Virus record (IMG/VR): IMGVR_UViG_3300005529_000005
Span: 4,499-68,498 of that record
DNA length: 64,000 bases
Direction: 5' to 3' (one strand)
Origin: a virus
Of this stretch, positions 46,071 through 54,991 are shown piece by piece (position 1 is the stretch's first letter; each line of letters starts with the position of its first letter). The notes beneath the pieces are model-generated. The model saw only the letters and a list, made by a program, of their open reading frames with translations. It did no database searches and was not told the DNA's origin. The position numbers and the translations under genes are program-made.

Positions 46071-46357
46071 TTGGGCAGGTCCTTCAGGCGGGTCCGCGCG
46101 CCCGCGTGGGAGACCCACCGGGCCTCGCCGTCGTCGAGGTCCACGTCGTAGCCGCGCTCCGTGGTGGTCTCGTAGGACCTCACGATAGTGCCGGGCTTCC
46201 CGTCGAGGAGAACGCGCGCGCCAGCGGCGGGGTCAGCATCAACTCGTTGGATCGGCGGCTCCCAAAGCCCGCATTTACAAGCGTTCCCGTTCCAAGAATC
46301 GATACCGCCCTTCCGCCAACCGCATCTTTGGCAATGGGGATGAACCGGCTCGGTCAT
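46067..46357 (-). CDS. Small Cys-rich/SH3-like protein
   Basis: CQRCGW...CKC. Confidence 0.5.
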   Translation of the reverse strand: MTEPVHPHCQRCGWRKGGIDSWNGNACKCGLWEPPIQRVDADPAAGARVLLDGKPGTIVRSYETTTERGYDVDLDDGEARWVSHAGARTRLKDLPK

Positions 46358-46362
46358 CGCGG

Positions 46363-46848
46363 TCACCCGACGCGCCGCCGGCCGGCCATATCGACGTCCT
46401 GGAGAACCTCGTCGATCGGCGTGACCTTGTCGCCGATGGCGGCCTGAAGGATCATGCACGCCTGATCGATGATGTCGGCGCCGCCGTGAGGAGGCTTCGC
46501 CGCCATGATCAGCGGGTGAAGGAGCGCGTGCTGAGCCGCGTCCGCCTCCAGCTTGCCGTAGCGGTTGCGCGGAGCCTGAAGCGCCTTCACGACGCGGCGC
46601 ACGACGCCCGCGATCACGCCGAGCGCCTCCGCGCTCTGGCCGAGCGCGCGCTCGACGCCGCGCACGTAGCCGATGGCGCGGTCGAGTCCCTCCTGCTGTA
46701 TCTCCGGCTCGGGGACCTGCCAGTCGAAGCCCGGCGAGCTCGGGAACGTGATCAGCCAGATTCCGCGCCCGTAGGTCAGCCGCGCGCGGACCTCCTTCCC
46801 GTTCATGGCGACCCAGTGGGCGCCGTCTACCTTCTCGATCTTCCACAT
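46363..46848 (-). CDS. Hypothetical protein
   Basis: GGGGAG RBS; MWKIEKVDG... Confidence 0.6.
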   Translation of the reverse strand: MWKIEKVDGAHWVAMNGKEVRARLTYGRGIWLITFPSSPGFDWQVPEPEIQQEGLDRAIGYVRGVERALGQSAEALGVIAGVVRRVVKALQAPRNRYGKLEADAAQHALLHPLIMAAKPPHGGADIIDQACMILQAAIGDKVTPIDEVLQDVDMAGRRRVG

Positions 46849-46886
46849 CTTCGGTTCTCCCTTTGGCGCTCGAAGCGGCACCCCGT

Positions 46887-46912
46887 GGGGCCGGGCGGTG
46901 AGGCCCGGCCCC
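46887..46912. promoter_or_regulatory. Perfect 10-bp hairpin after the DUF932 gene
   Basis: GGGGCCGGGC-GGTGAG-GCCCGGCCCC; no U-tract. Confidence 0.4.
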
Positions 46913-46930
46913 CTAGGCCGCCGCCCGGAA

Positions 46931-48157
46931 TCAGGCGACCTTGTCGAGGATGTGCTTCGCCTCAAGCTCCTGCTGGAGGCGGTCGTCCGTGTTCAGGACG
47001 CCGCGCGCGTGCGCGGTGATGGCCTGAGCCATGTCCCACGCGGAGCGCGGCGGACGGCCCTCCTCCTTCTCACCCTGCTCGAGGATGGCCTTCGCCTTCG
47101 TCAGCGAGAAGTTGCGGGCCTTCAGGAAGGCGATCGCGCCCTCCTCGTCGTCCGCGACCTTCGCCGCCTTGGCGAGCTTCACGCCGGCGACGAGCTTGTC
47201 GGTCGCGCCGTTCGCGTAGGCGGTCAGCGCGGGGACCGCCTGACGGAGCCAGCGGTCGGGCGCCGCCCGGTTGTGGATGATGCGGACCTCCTCGAAGTTC
47301 TCCACGCCCCAGAGGTTCCGGTTCATGCAGACGCCGCGGAGGAAGAACGCCGCGATCTTCGCGCTGCGCGTCCCGACCTCGCTGTTCTGGCAGAAGAAGC
47401 CCCTGAACATGAGGTCCGGATTCCCGTTCGCCAGCTTGCCGACCTCGATCGGGTTGCGGTCGTCGACCAGGAACATGAACACGTCCCGGTCGGAGGCGTA
47501 GAGCGTGGTGGAGTCGGAGGTCACCGGAGCCTCCGGGTCGTAGAGGCGCGTCGACCAGTCGAGCACGCCCGGGATCTTCCAGCGCATCTCGCCGCGCCCG
47601 GTCCCGGCGACGGCCTGAACCGCCTTCACGATCTCGTAGTCCGGGATGCGGCCGTAGTCGGGGCCGGTCGCCGCGTACAGCTGGTCGGCGCCGCCGTAGA
47701 GCTTGATCTCCTCGACCTCGCGGGCGAAGCGGAGCCGGTAGGCGAGGGCGTCCGAGACGATCTGACTCGGAAGCTCCCGGTAGTGAGCGGCGGGCGCCTT
47801 CGCGAGCGCGCACATCTGACCGAACGCCCAGTGGGTCGGGGCGATCTCGCGCGCCTCGACGCGGTCGCCGTGGTCGATCTTCACGCCGACGGTGAGGCGG
47901 TGAAGGTCGGCCGCCGTCTTCGGCTCCGGAGAGATCAGGTCGAAGGCGTCCGTCTTCGTTCGGGTCTGGAAGCTCCCGTCCCAGAACTTCTTCTTGAAGT
48001 CGTGCAAGTCGGTCAGCGACGTGAACCGCTGGTCCGCCGGGCGCGCCATCCACTGCATCGAGACCTCGCCGTTGTGACCGCCGGTGAACGGGTTCACCTC
48101 GTAAGGTGCCCGGGCCGTGGTCGCGCTGGTCTCGTTCTGCTTCGTGATGTCCAACAT
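46931..48157 (-). CDS. DUF932-family protein
   Basis: WMARPADQRFTSL, PTHWAFGQMC, GPDYGRIPD, LYASDRDVFMFL, NSEVG...FFLRGVCMNRNLWG. Confidence 0.85.
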   Translation of the reverse strand: MLDITKQNETSATTARAPYEVNPFTGGHNGEVSMQWMARPADQRFTSLTDLHDFKKKFWDGSFQTRTKTDAFDLISPEPKTAADLHRLTVGVKIDHGDRVEAREIAPTHWAFGQMCALAKAPAAHYRELPSQIVSDALAYRLRFAREVEEIKLYGGADQLYAATGPDYGRIPDYEIVKAVQAVAGTGRGEMRWKIPGVLDWSTRLYDPEAPVTSDSTTLYASDRDVFMFLVDDRNPIEVGKLANGNPDLMFRGFFCQNSEVGTRSAKIAAFFLRGVCMNRNLWGVENFEEVRIIHNRAAPDRWLRQAVPALTAYANGATDKLVAGVKLAKAAKVADDEEGAIAFLKARNFSLTKAKAILEQGEKEEGRPPRSAWDMAQAITAHARGVLNTDDRLQQELEAKHILDKVA

Positions 48158-48248
48158 GGTAGTCCCTTGTTTGAGGGCTCACTGGCCTCGTCAGCACCGG
48201 AGGAAACCGGCGGACCGTCGGGGCGCCGGAGCGCCCCTAGGTTTCGGC

Positions 48249-48766
48249 CTAGTCGCGGATCATCGTGAGGAGGCGGGACGGCGTCATCTTCTCGTCCCGC
48301 GCCTGAGCGTCGGCGGCGAACCAGCCATCGGCGCGGAGGCGCCGGTAGATCGCGCGCGCTTCCTCCGCGCTGATCCCGCGCTCGATGATCGATCGGGTGG
48401 CGCCGATCAGGGCGAGAACGGTCGCGGTCTCACCGTGGCACTCGAACGACGCCCAGCAGACGCAGGGCGCGGGAGCCATCCTGAGCCAGTGGGTAATCAT
48501 GACGCGCTCCTATTGTCGTAGAGCGGGACGCGCGTCGCGTCGTAGGGGTCCGAGGGTGAGCCCGGCCACACGCGGCCGTTGTAGGAGACGTAGCCGAAGG
48601 TCGACCCGCTCGCGCGAACGAGTAGCGCGGGAGGGACCTCGGAGGCCCCGAGGCCCGAGGCGTCGCGCGCCTTGACGAACATCTCGGAGGCCTGCCTCAG
48701 CGAGGTAACCTCATATCGGCGTCGCGCGATCTGGATGAAGAGGGACTCGGTCAGCGTAGTTTGCAT
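48249..48766 (-). other. Two small hypothetical ORFs (48249..48500; 48497..48766)
   Basis: CAGGAG RBS before 48766; coupled. Confidence 0.55.
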
Positions 48767-48820
48767 CTTCAGGTTCTCCTGTCGGCGGCGGGGAGGAATT
48801 TCCCGTCCGGCGCACCGCTA

Positions 48821-48850
48821 TTGAAGGGTGCGGGGAGCCAGATGTACAGT
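48821..48850 (+). promoter_or_regulatory. Putative sigma70 promoter for the CmoA-like gene
   Basis: TTGAAG-N18-TACAGT in the divergent intergenic region, upstream of AGGAGG/GTG at 48876. Confidence 0.4.
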
Positions 48851-48875
48851 GCGGTTTGACCCCCAGGAGGATCAG

Positions 48876-49541
48876 GTGGCTAGGAAGAAGCTCGACGTAC
48901 CCCGTGAGTGGAGCTGGTCGGCGGCGGTCGCCAAGCACTTCGATTCGCACGTTCGGGAGAGCCTCCCGTGGTACGACCTCGCCACCGGCGCCGTCGCCCA
49001 CATCGCGCGCGCCTACGTCCCCCGGGAGGGCGTAGTGATCGACGTCGGCGCCTCCACGGGCAACGTCGGGCGCGCGCTCGCGCCGGTCCTGAAGGCGAGG
49101 TCAGCGACGCTCCGCGCGATCGACTCGTCGGTGGAGATGCGCGACGTCTATCGCGGTCCGGGCGTGCTCGAGGTCGTGGACGCGGAGGAGTTCGACTTCG
49201 CCGGCGCCGCTCCCGACCTGATCGTGTGCTTCCTCGCGCTGATGTTCGTCCCGGTCTCGACGCGGAGGCTCCTGGTCGAGCGCATGAAGGAGGCGCTGCG
49301 CCCGGGCGGCGCGATCATCGTCTTCGACAAGATGGTGCCGAGGCCGGGCTACGTCGGGACCGTCGCCTACCGGCTGACGCTCGCCGCGAAGATGGACGCC
49401 GGCGCCTCCCCCGCCGAGGTCGTGGCGAAGGAGTTGTCGATCGCCGGCGTCCAGCGTCCCATGTCAGAGGGCGAGCTCGGCGGCTTCGTCGAGGTCTTCC
49501 GCTTCGGGGACTTCGCGGGGTTCGTGCACGAGCGCGACTGA
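48876..49541 (+). CDS. CmoA-like SAM-dependent enzyme (carboxy-SAM synthase homolog)
   Basis: WSWSAAVAKHFDSHVRESLPWY, VIDVGASTG, AIDSSVEM, FLALMFV, LRPGGAIIVFDK follow the CmoA pattern ([22 protein letters not shown]...LNPGGALVLSEK, recalled from memory). Confidence 0.8.
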   Translation: MARKKLDVPREWSWSAAVAKHFDSHVRESLPWYDLATGAVAHIARAYVPREGVVIDVGASTGNVGRALAPVLKARSATLRAIDSSVEMRDVYRGPGVLEVVDAEEFDFAGAAPDLIVCFLALMFVPVSTRRLLVERMKEALRPGGAIIVFDKMVPRPGYVGTVAYRLTLAAKMDAGASPAEVVAKELSIAGVQRPMSEGELGGFVEVFRFGDFAGFVHERD

Positions 49542-49759
49542 GCTGGTCAGCCAGGTCTCGCGCGGCGCGGCGGGGGCGATCTCGGCGCGGCCGGCCGGCG
49601 TGATGACCGTCCGCCGCGGCCGAGGCCCGGGCTTGTCGCCACGGATCATCCCGGCCTTGATCAGCGACTCTACCGCCCGCGCGCGTGGGCCCGCGACGGA
49701 GAGTGGGACGCCCTCCGGGCGCCCCACGTGCTCGAGCAGAACGGCCCTCTGCCTCGGCG

Positions 49760-50047
49760 TCACGCGGCCCGCCGCTTGGCCTGACGCTTCCCCTCGGTCC
49801 TCCCGACGACGGTCCCGGTCGGGGCGCCGTCGAAGAAGAACGAGACGGGGACCTGGAGCACGCCCGCGATCTGCTGAAGGCGGCTCGCCCCGACGCGGTT
49901 CGCGCCCTTCTCGTACTTCTGGACCTGTTGGAAGGTCAGCCCGAGACGCTCGCCGAGCGTCGTCTGGCTCATGCTGAGCATCATCCTCTTCATGCGGATG
50001 CGTTTGCCGACCCACGTGTCGACCGGCTGCGGTGACCGCTTCGCCAT
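49760..50047 (-). CDS. XRE-family HTH regulator (alphaproteobacterial chromosomal type)
   Basis: PVDTWVGKRIRMKR...SQTTLGERLGLTFQQVQKYEKGANRVGASRL. Confidence 0.9.
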   Translation of the reverse strand: MAKRSPQPVDTWVGKRIRMKRMMLSMSQTTLGERLGLTFQQVQKYEKGANRVGASRLQQIAGVLQVPVSFFFDGAPTGTVVGRTEGKRQAKRRAA

Positions 50048-50500
50048 CGTTCTCTCCTACGTTGTTCGGGGAGTATTCCCCGAGTGAAACCTATTTCCGG
50101 TAGAAGACGGGTGTCCACTGGCCGTGCGGTATTTTTTTCTCTATCCTCCGAGTCGTCTGGTTCGCCCGGCAGCGGTCTCGACATCAACATCATCGCAGCG
50201 CCTCGGCGCATTGCACTCAGGAGCACCATCGCCGGGCCTTCTGGGCCGCAGGGAGCGGCGCATCGCTCCGACCCTCTTCCGGGTCGTCGCGGCAAACCGA
50301 GGATGGAGACCTGTAGTCCTCGGGGACCTGAGGTCGGGACGCTCGTGCGCGCGAGCGGAGCGCGGCGACCCGGAAGGGGATCACGAACACCACGCCCGCG
50401 ACAAAGGGCAAGGTCGGCGGCGAGGCGCGCGCTGGAAGAACCGGGCGCGCCTCGCCGGCCAAAATGTTCCACGTGAAACATTCCTACCGGAACACCGTAG

Positions 50501-50971
50501 ATGCTCCTGACCGAGGCCGAACACGGTCTGCCGCGAGCCGGGCGCGTCAGGGCGTGGCTGGCGCAATTCCTCGGCGATCCCTGCGGATGCTGCGGGAGCA
50601 AGATGCACGCCGACGACGGTTGGAACTCCCCGCGCGCGCCGAGCCGTGATCACCGGATTCCGGTGGCGCGCGGAGGCTTGGACGTCCTGCAGAACATCAT
50701 CATCCTGTGCCGACGCTGCAACGGCGAGAAGGGGATGCTCGACCTGGAGGAGTTCGCGGCGGTGCGCGCGGGCGTGGCCTGTGACCTCTCGGAGCGAATG
50801 AACACCGAACGCAGCATCATGACCAACTCGAGGAACCCGAAGGCTCTACGTGAGCGTCTCCTCGCTGAGCAGCGCGCCACCTATCTCCTGCGGCCTCCGA
50901 AACGGCGGCGTCACCGGTTCGGACGTCGCCCCTACCAAAACACAGTTGCGCCCTCCGCCGAGCTCGGATAG
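50501..50971 (+). CDS. HNH endonuclease
   Basis: CGCC...SRDHRIPVARGG...NIIILCRRCNGEKG. Confidence 0.85.
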   Translation: MLLTEAEHGLPRAGRVRAWLAQFLGDPCGCCGSKMHADDGWNSPRAPSRDHRIPVARGGLDVLQNIIILCRRCNGEKGMLDLEEFAAVRAGVACDLSERMNTERSIMTNSRNPKALRERLLAEQRATYLLRPPKRRRHRFGRRPYQNTVAPSAELG

Positions 50972-51089
50972 AAGGCGCGCAAATCGCGATCGAGTAGACG
51001 GCCGCCGGGTGCGTTGCTTATCCCCGGCGGCCGTCGTGCGTTCGGCGGGCGTGGGACCGACAAAACGGAAGACGCCCCCCGGCGCCGCG

Positions 51090-51260
51090 GGCACCGGGAG
51101 GCGCTTTCGATACGGCGCGCTGGCCGCTGCGCTACGAGGCCGAAGCCCGGCGGGATTCGAACCCGCGACCTCCGTTGTGCGGCCGCGCTACCAGGCTGCG
51201 CTACCCCCGGGCCTGAGCCCGGTGGGTCGGATTCGAACCGACGACCTGCCGCTGGTCGTC
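51090..51260 (-). pseudogene. Tandem degenerate tRNA-like elements
   Basis: Two GGTTCGAATCC T-arms with perfect 5-bp stems and two TAGCGCAG D-arm starts on the minus strand; no intact anticodon arm or acceptor stem. Confidence 0.6.
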
Positions 51261-51272
51261 CCTATAGCCGAC

Positions 51273-51611
51273 CTACGCCTCGCCAGGCCAGACGCCGCTC
51301 GTCCGGAAGATCCTGAGCTTCACGAGCGTGCGCTGCGCGCGCCTGAGCCGGTCGCGCGTGATCTCGTCCAGGACCTCGATCCCGTGGCGCGCCCGCAGGA
51401 AGAGCCGCGCCCGCGTCGCGATGTCGAGCCAGCTCCTCCGCTGGTAGGCGTACCACCGCGCCGGCGTCATCGCGTTGACCCACCGGTCGTACTCCGCCTC
51501 GACGCGGCGCAGCTCCGCCTCCTGCTCGGCGTCGCTGAGCTTCATCCAGCGGTCCCACTCCGCGTCGTCCCACCCGTCGTCGTCGACCATTTGCTCGCTC
51601 CTCCTGATCAC
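51273..51611 (-). CDS. Hypothetical protein
   Basis: Acidic/Trp-rich N-terminus; GGAGG RBS. Confidence 0.55.
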   Translation of the reverse strand: MIRRSEQMVDDDGWDDAEWDRWMKLSDAEQEAELRRVEAEYDRWVNAMTPARWYAYQRRSWLDIATRARLFLRARHGIEVLDEITRDRLRRAQRTLVKLRIFRTSGVWPGEA

Positions 51612-51740
51612 AGGGCCTCGGGAGCGTCGATCACGGCCACCCGCGCGGCCGGAACCCCTCCCTCACCCTCTAATCGGAAAGCGACGGGAGAACCGGAAAA
51701 GCGGAAGCGCCAGAATCGAAGATTTTTATGCAAATCCTAT

Positions 51741-51986
51741 TCAGGAGAGCCCGAGGCCCCGCTCGACCGCGAGGCGCGTCACCCGTCGCGAGAGCCGGAG
51801 GTAGCGCCTCCGCGCCCCCGGGTCGTCCGGGCGCCGCCTGAGCGCCGCGCGCGCCCGCCGCTTGACCGCCTTCCACGCGCGCGGGACCTCGCGCCAGTGG
51901 ACGGAGCAAATCCACACGTTGTCGGGAGGCTCGACCGCCCTCCTCGTGGTCCTCCCGCAGTGGGGAACGCAGCACGCGAACCGCAT
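51741..51986 (-). CDS. Small Cys/His Zn-finger protein
   Basis: CCVPHCGRT...WICSVHW. Confidence 0.55.
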   Translation of the reverse strand: MRFACCVPHCGRTTRRAVEPPDNVWICSVHWREVPRAWKAVKRRARAALRRRPDDPGARRRYLRLSRRVTRLAVERGLGLS

Positions 51987-52068
51987 CGGACGCCTCTCCC
52001 CGGAAACTCGGCGAAACCTCAAAAATATTCGCCCGCCCCCAATATCCCCGGTAGGATACCCGAAAGCC

Positions 52069-52635
52069 ATGCCCGACCAGACCGACAACCCCCCCGAAGG
52101 ATCAGCGGACCGCCCCGCCAAGGCGCGCAACCGCGGCGGCCGGCCGCCCGGCGCGAAGAACAAGTCGACGCTGGAGCGGGAGCGGCGCGAGCAGCTGGAG
52201 CGGGAGCGGCTGGCGCTCCTCGACGGCGCGAAGGCTGACCAGGCGGAGCAGGCCCTCGTGGCGGCCCAGGCGCGCGGGGTGAAGCTGGCGAAGGACGTGA
52301 TCCAGGACTTCATGCGGCTCTTCGCGGGCATGGCGGCGACGTACCAGCCGCTCCCGCCCGGTCAGGAGATTCCGCCCGGGAAGATCGTGGACGAGGGGAA
52401 GTTCGAGAAGTACGCCGCGCTCGCGGTCGACGCGGCGGCGCGGCTCGCGCCCTTCGAGAGCCCGCGCTACTCGGCGGTGCTGGTCGGCTCCTCCGTGGTC
52501 AACCGGGTGGAGGTCACGGGCGGGATGCCGGACGACTTCGCGGCGCCCGCGGGCGTGCCGACGCACGCGCTGCCGCCAGGGACGATCATCGAGGCGGAGG
52601 AGGACTACGTGCCTCCGGCGGCGGCGACGGGCTGA
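52069..52635 (+). CDS. Terminase small subunit
   Basis: RGGRPPGAKNK motif, AARLAPFESPR; upstream of terL. Confidence 0.75.
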   Translation: MPDQTDNPPEGSADRPAKARNRGGRPPGAKNKSTLERERREQLERERLALLDGAKADQAEQALVAAQARGVKLAKDVIQDFMRLFAGMAATYQPLPPGQEIPPGKIVDEGKFEKYAALAVDAAARLAPFESPRYSAVLVGSSVVNRVEVTGGMPDDFAAPAGVPTHALPPGTIIEAEEDYVPPAAATG

Positions 52636-52648
52636 GGGAGGGTTCAGG

Positions 52649-53002
52649 ATGGCCGGGAACGATTGGCCGCCGGTGTCGAGCGCGTGGGCTCACCCCGAGG
52701 GCACGCGCAAGTACGGGTCGACAGGCCAGCTCTGGGAGGTCCGGAACGGTCAGTGGTGGCGCGTCGACGACGGGCGGCTGAGGGCCGTGGACCCGCCGAA
52801 GGACCGGGTCGGCGCCGTGGTCGAGTACGTCCACCGCGACACGACGAGCGGGGAGTTCTGGCTCGACTTCCGCGTGGACGGTCAGCCCTACGCCTCCGTC
52901 GGCCCCTTCGCGACGGAGGCCGAGCGTCAGCGCGCGCACGAAGACATGATGGGGATGATGCGCTCCCTCGGGGCCAAGGACGTTCCGGTGCTCCCGCAGT
53001 GA
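52649..53002 (+). CDS. Hypothetical protein between terS and terL
   Basis: ATG 13 nt after terS stop; its TGA overlaps the terL GTG. Confidence 0.55.
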   Translation: MAGNDWPPVSSAWAHPEGTRKYGSTGQLWEVRNGQWWRVDDGRLRAVDPPKDRVGAVVEYVHRDTTSGEFWLDFRVDGQPYASVGPFATEAERQRAHEDMMGMMRSLGAKDVPVLPQ

Positions 53003-54345
53003 ACGCGCCCGCGCTCCTCCAGCCGAACTTCCAGACGGCCCAGGTCCAGCTCCCCGTCTTCCACCGGGCGCAGGCCAAGCTGCGCCACGTGATGAAGCAC
53101 AACCGCCTGGTCGTGGCGCGGTGCGGGCGGCGGTGGGGGAAGAACGTCTTCGGCGAATCGGTCGCGTCCGACGACGCCACCCACGGCCGCCTGATCGGCT
53201 GGTTCGCGCCCGAGAACAAGCGTCTCCGCGCGTCGTACGACGTTGTCAGGAACCTCCTCGACCCGATCCGGAAGAGGTCCTCCAAGACGGACGGCTTCAT
53301 CGAGACCATCACGGGCGGGAGCGTCGAGTTCTGGTCGCTCGAGGACCCCGACGCGGGCCGCTCGCGCAAGTACCACCGCATCATCGTCGACGAGGGCGCC
53401 TTCACGAAGCCCGGGACGATCGACTGGTGGACGAAGGCGGCGCGCCCGACGCTGGTCGACTATCGCGGCCGCGCCTTGGTCATGTCGAACACGAAGGGGA
53501 TCGACCCGGAGAACTACCTCTACGCGATCTGCAACGACCCGAAGTACGGCTTCGTCCAGTTTCACGCGCCGAGCCGATCGAACCCGACGCTGCCGCCCGA
53601 CGAGGTCGAGGGCTTCGAGCGCGACTACGAGCCGCTGGTCTACCAGCAGGAGTTCCTGGCGGAGTTCGTCGACTGGTCGGGCGCGGCCTTCTTCTCGCTG
53701 AACAAGATGCTCGTCCACGGTCAGCCCGTTGAGCTGCCCGCCCGTTGCGAGGCGGTCTTCGCCGTGATCGACTCGGCCACGAAGACGGGCAAGAAGAACG
53801 ACGGGACGGGCGTCGTCTGGTACGCGCTGATCCGCAACCACCTTTCCCCGGTGACGGCCGACGGCAGGATCCTCCCGCGCTACTCGCTCGTCGTGCTGGA
53901 CTGGGACCTGACCCAGATCGAGGGCGCGCTCCTCGAGACCTGGCTCCCGGGCGTGATCGACATCGGGCGCGACTACGCGATGAAGTGCCGCGCCGCGCGC
54001 GGGTTCGTCGGGGCCTTCATCGAGGACAAATCCTCGGGCATGATCCTGCTGCAGCAGGCGGCGCGGCGCGGCCTGGCGGCGCACCCGATCGAGTCGAAGC
54101 TGACCGACCTCGGGAAGGACGAGCGCGCGATCTCCGTCTCCGGCTACGTCTACCGCGAGCTCGTCAAGCTCGCGCGGCCCGCCTTCGAGAAGGTCACGAA
54201 CTACAAGGGCACGCCGCGCAACCACCTGCGCGGCCAGGTCGTCGGCTTCCGCGTCGGCGACAAGGACGCCACGCGCGAGGATGACCTCCTCGACTGCTTC
54301 TGCTACGGTGTCGCGATCGCGCTCGGCAACGCGGAGGGGTTCTGA
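52999..54345 (+). CDS. Terminase large subunit
   Basis: CGRRWGK Walker A, IIVDEGAF Walker B, VIDSA...NDGTG RNase-H nuclease, EDKSSG, DDLLD. Confidence 0.95.
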   Translation: MNAPALLQPNFQTAQVQLPVFHRAQAKLRHVMKHNRLVVARCGRRWGKNVFGESVASDDATHGRLIGWFAPENKRLRASYDVVRNLLDPIRKRSSKTDGFIETITGGSVEFWSLEDPDAGRSRKYHRIIVDEGAFTKPGTIDWWTKAARPTLVDYRGRALVMSNTKGIDPENYLYAICNDPKYGFVQFHAPSRSNPTLPPDEVEGFERDYEPLVYQQEFLAEFVDWSGAAFFSLNKMLVHGQPVELPARCEAVFAVIDSATKTGKKNDGTGVVWYALIRNHLSPVTADGRILPRYSLVVLDWDLTQIEGALLETWLPGVIDIGRDYAMKCRAARGFVGAFIEDKSSGMILLQQAARRGLAAHPIESKLTDLGKDERAISVSGYVYRELVKLARPAFEKVTNYKGTPRNHLRGQVVGFRVGDKDATREDDLLDCFCYGVAIALGNAEGF

Positions 54346-54975
54346 TGCGAATCGGCAACGGTGGGTACGGCTGGCAAGCCGTCGGCTCTCCCGCGATCCT
54401 CCTCGACGGGGAGCCGGTCAGCGTCGTCGACCTGGTCTACGCGGACGACGAGGCGGGAGAGGTCGGGCTGATCGACCACACGAAGTCGGTCGACAACGGC
54501 CACGGCTTCCGCGTCTTCCCGCCCGGGAGCGTCAGGAACGGAGCGCCGCCCTTCGAGGTCAAGCGCGGCAAGGTCGAGTTTCGCTTCAACAGGGAGAAGA
54601 CCGATGGATGACAAGCCCAACGGGAACGGCGTCATGGAGACGACCGTCCCGACCGACGGACCCGGCCCTGTCTCGCCGGAGATCGCCGCCCTCGCGGCGC
54701 AGCTCGGCCAGATCACCGGGCCGATCAAGACGGTCGTCGACGCGGTGGTGCGCGGCGTCCTGATCCAGCACAACGGCGTCGCGCCCCACGTCCTCCTGAA
54801 CGCGATCGCGTGGCAGACCGGCAACGTCCTCGCGACGACGCTGCAGGGCGACATGAAGAGCCTCTTCCAGATCAGGCGGGGGATGCAGGAGGCGTTCGCC
54901 GACGGCGTGAAGAAGGCGCCCATGGTCGACCCTCAGGCGCAGAGGGCGACGGCGGCGATCCAACGGCCACGGTGA
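54345..54975 (+). other. Two hypothetical ORFs (54345..54611; 54604..54975)
   Basis: Coupled ORFs between terL and portal. Confidence 0.55.
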
Positions 54976-54991
54976 GGAGCGCGGGGGAGAG

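Noticed and set aside
51145-51212. Functional tRNA gene
   Set aside because: Anticodon arm is only 3 bp with a 5-nt loop and the acceptor stem does not pair; reported as tRNA-like instead.
51217-51260. attP site
   Set aside because: No integrase seen nearby and no host sequence to compare; cannot be supported.
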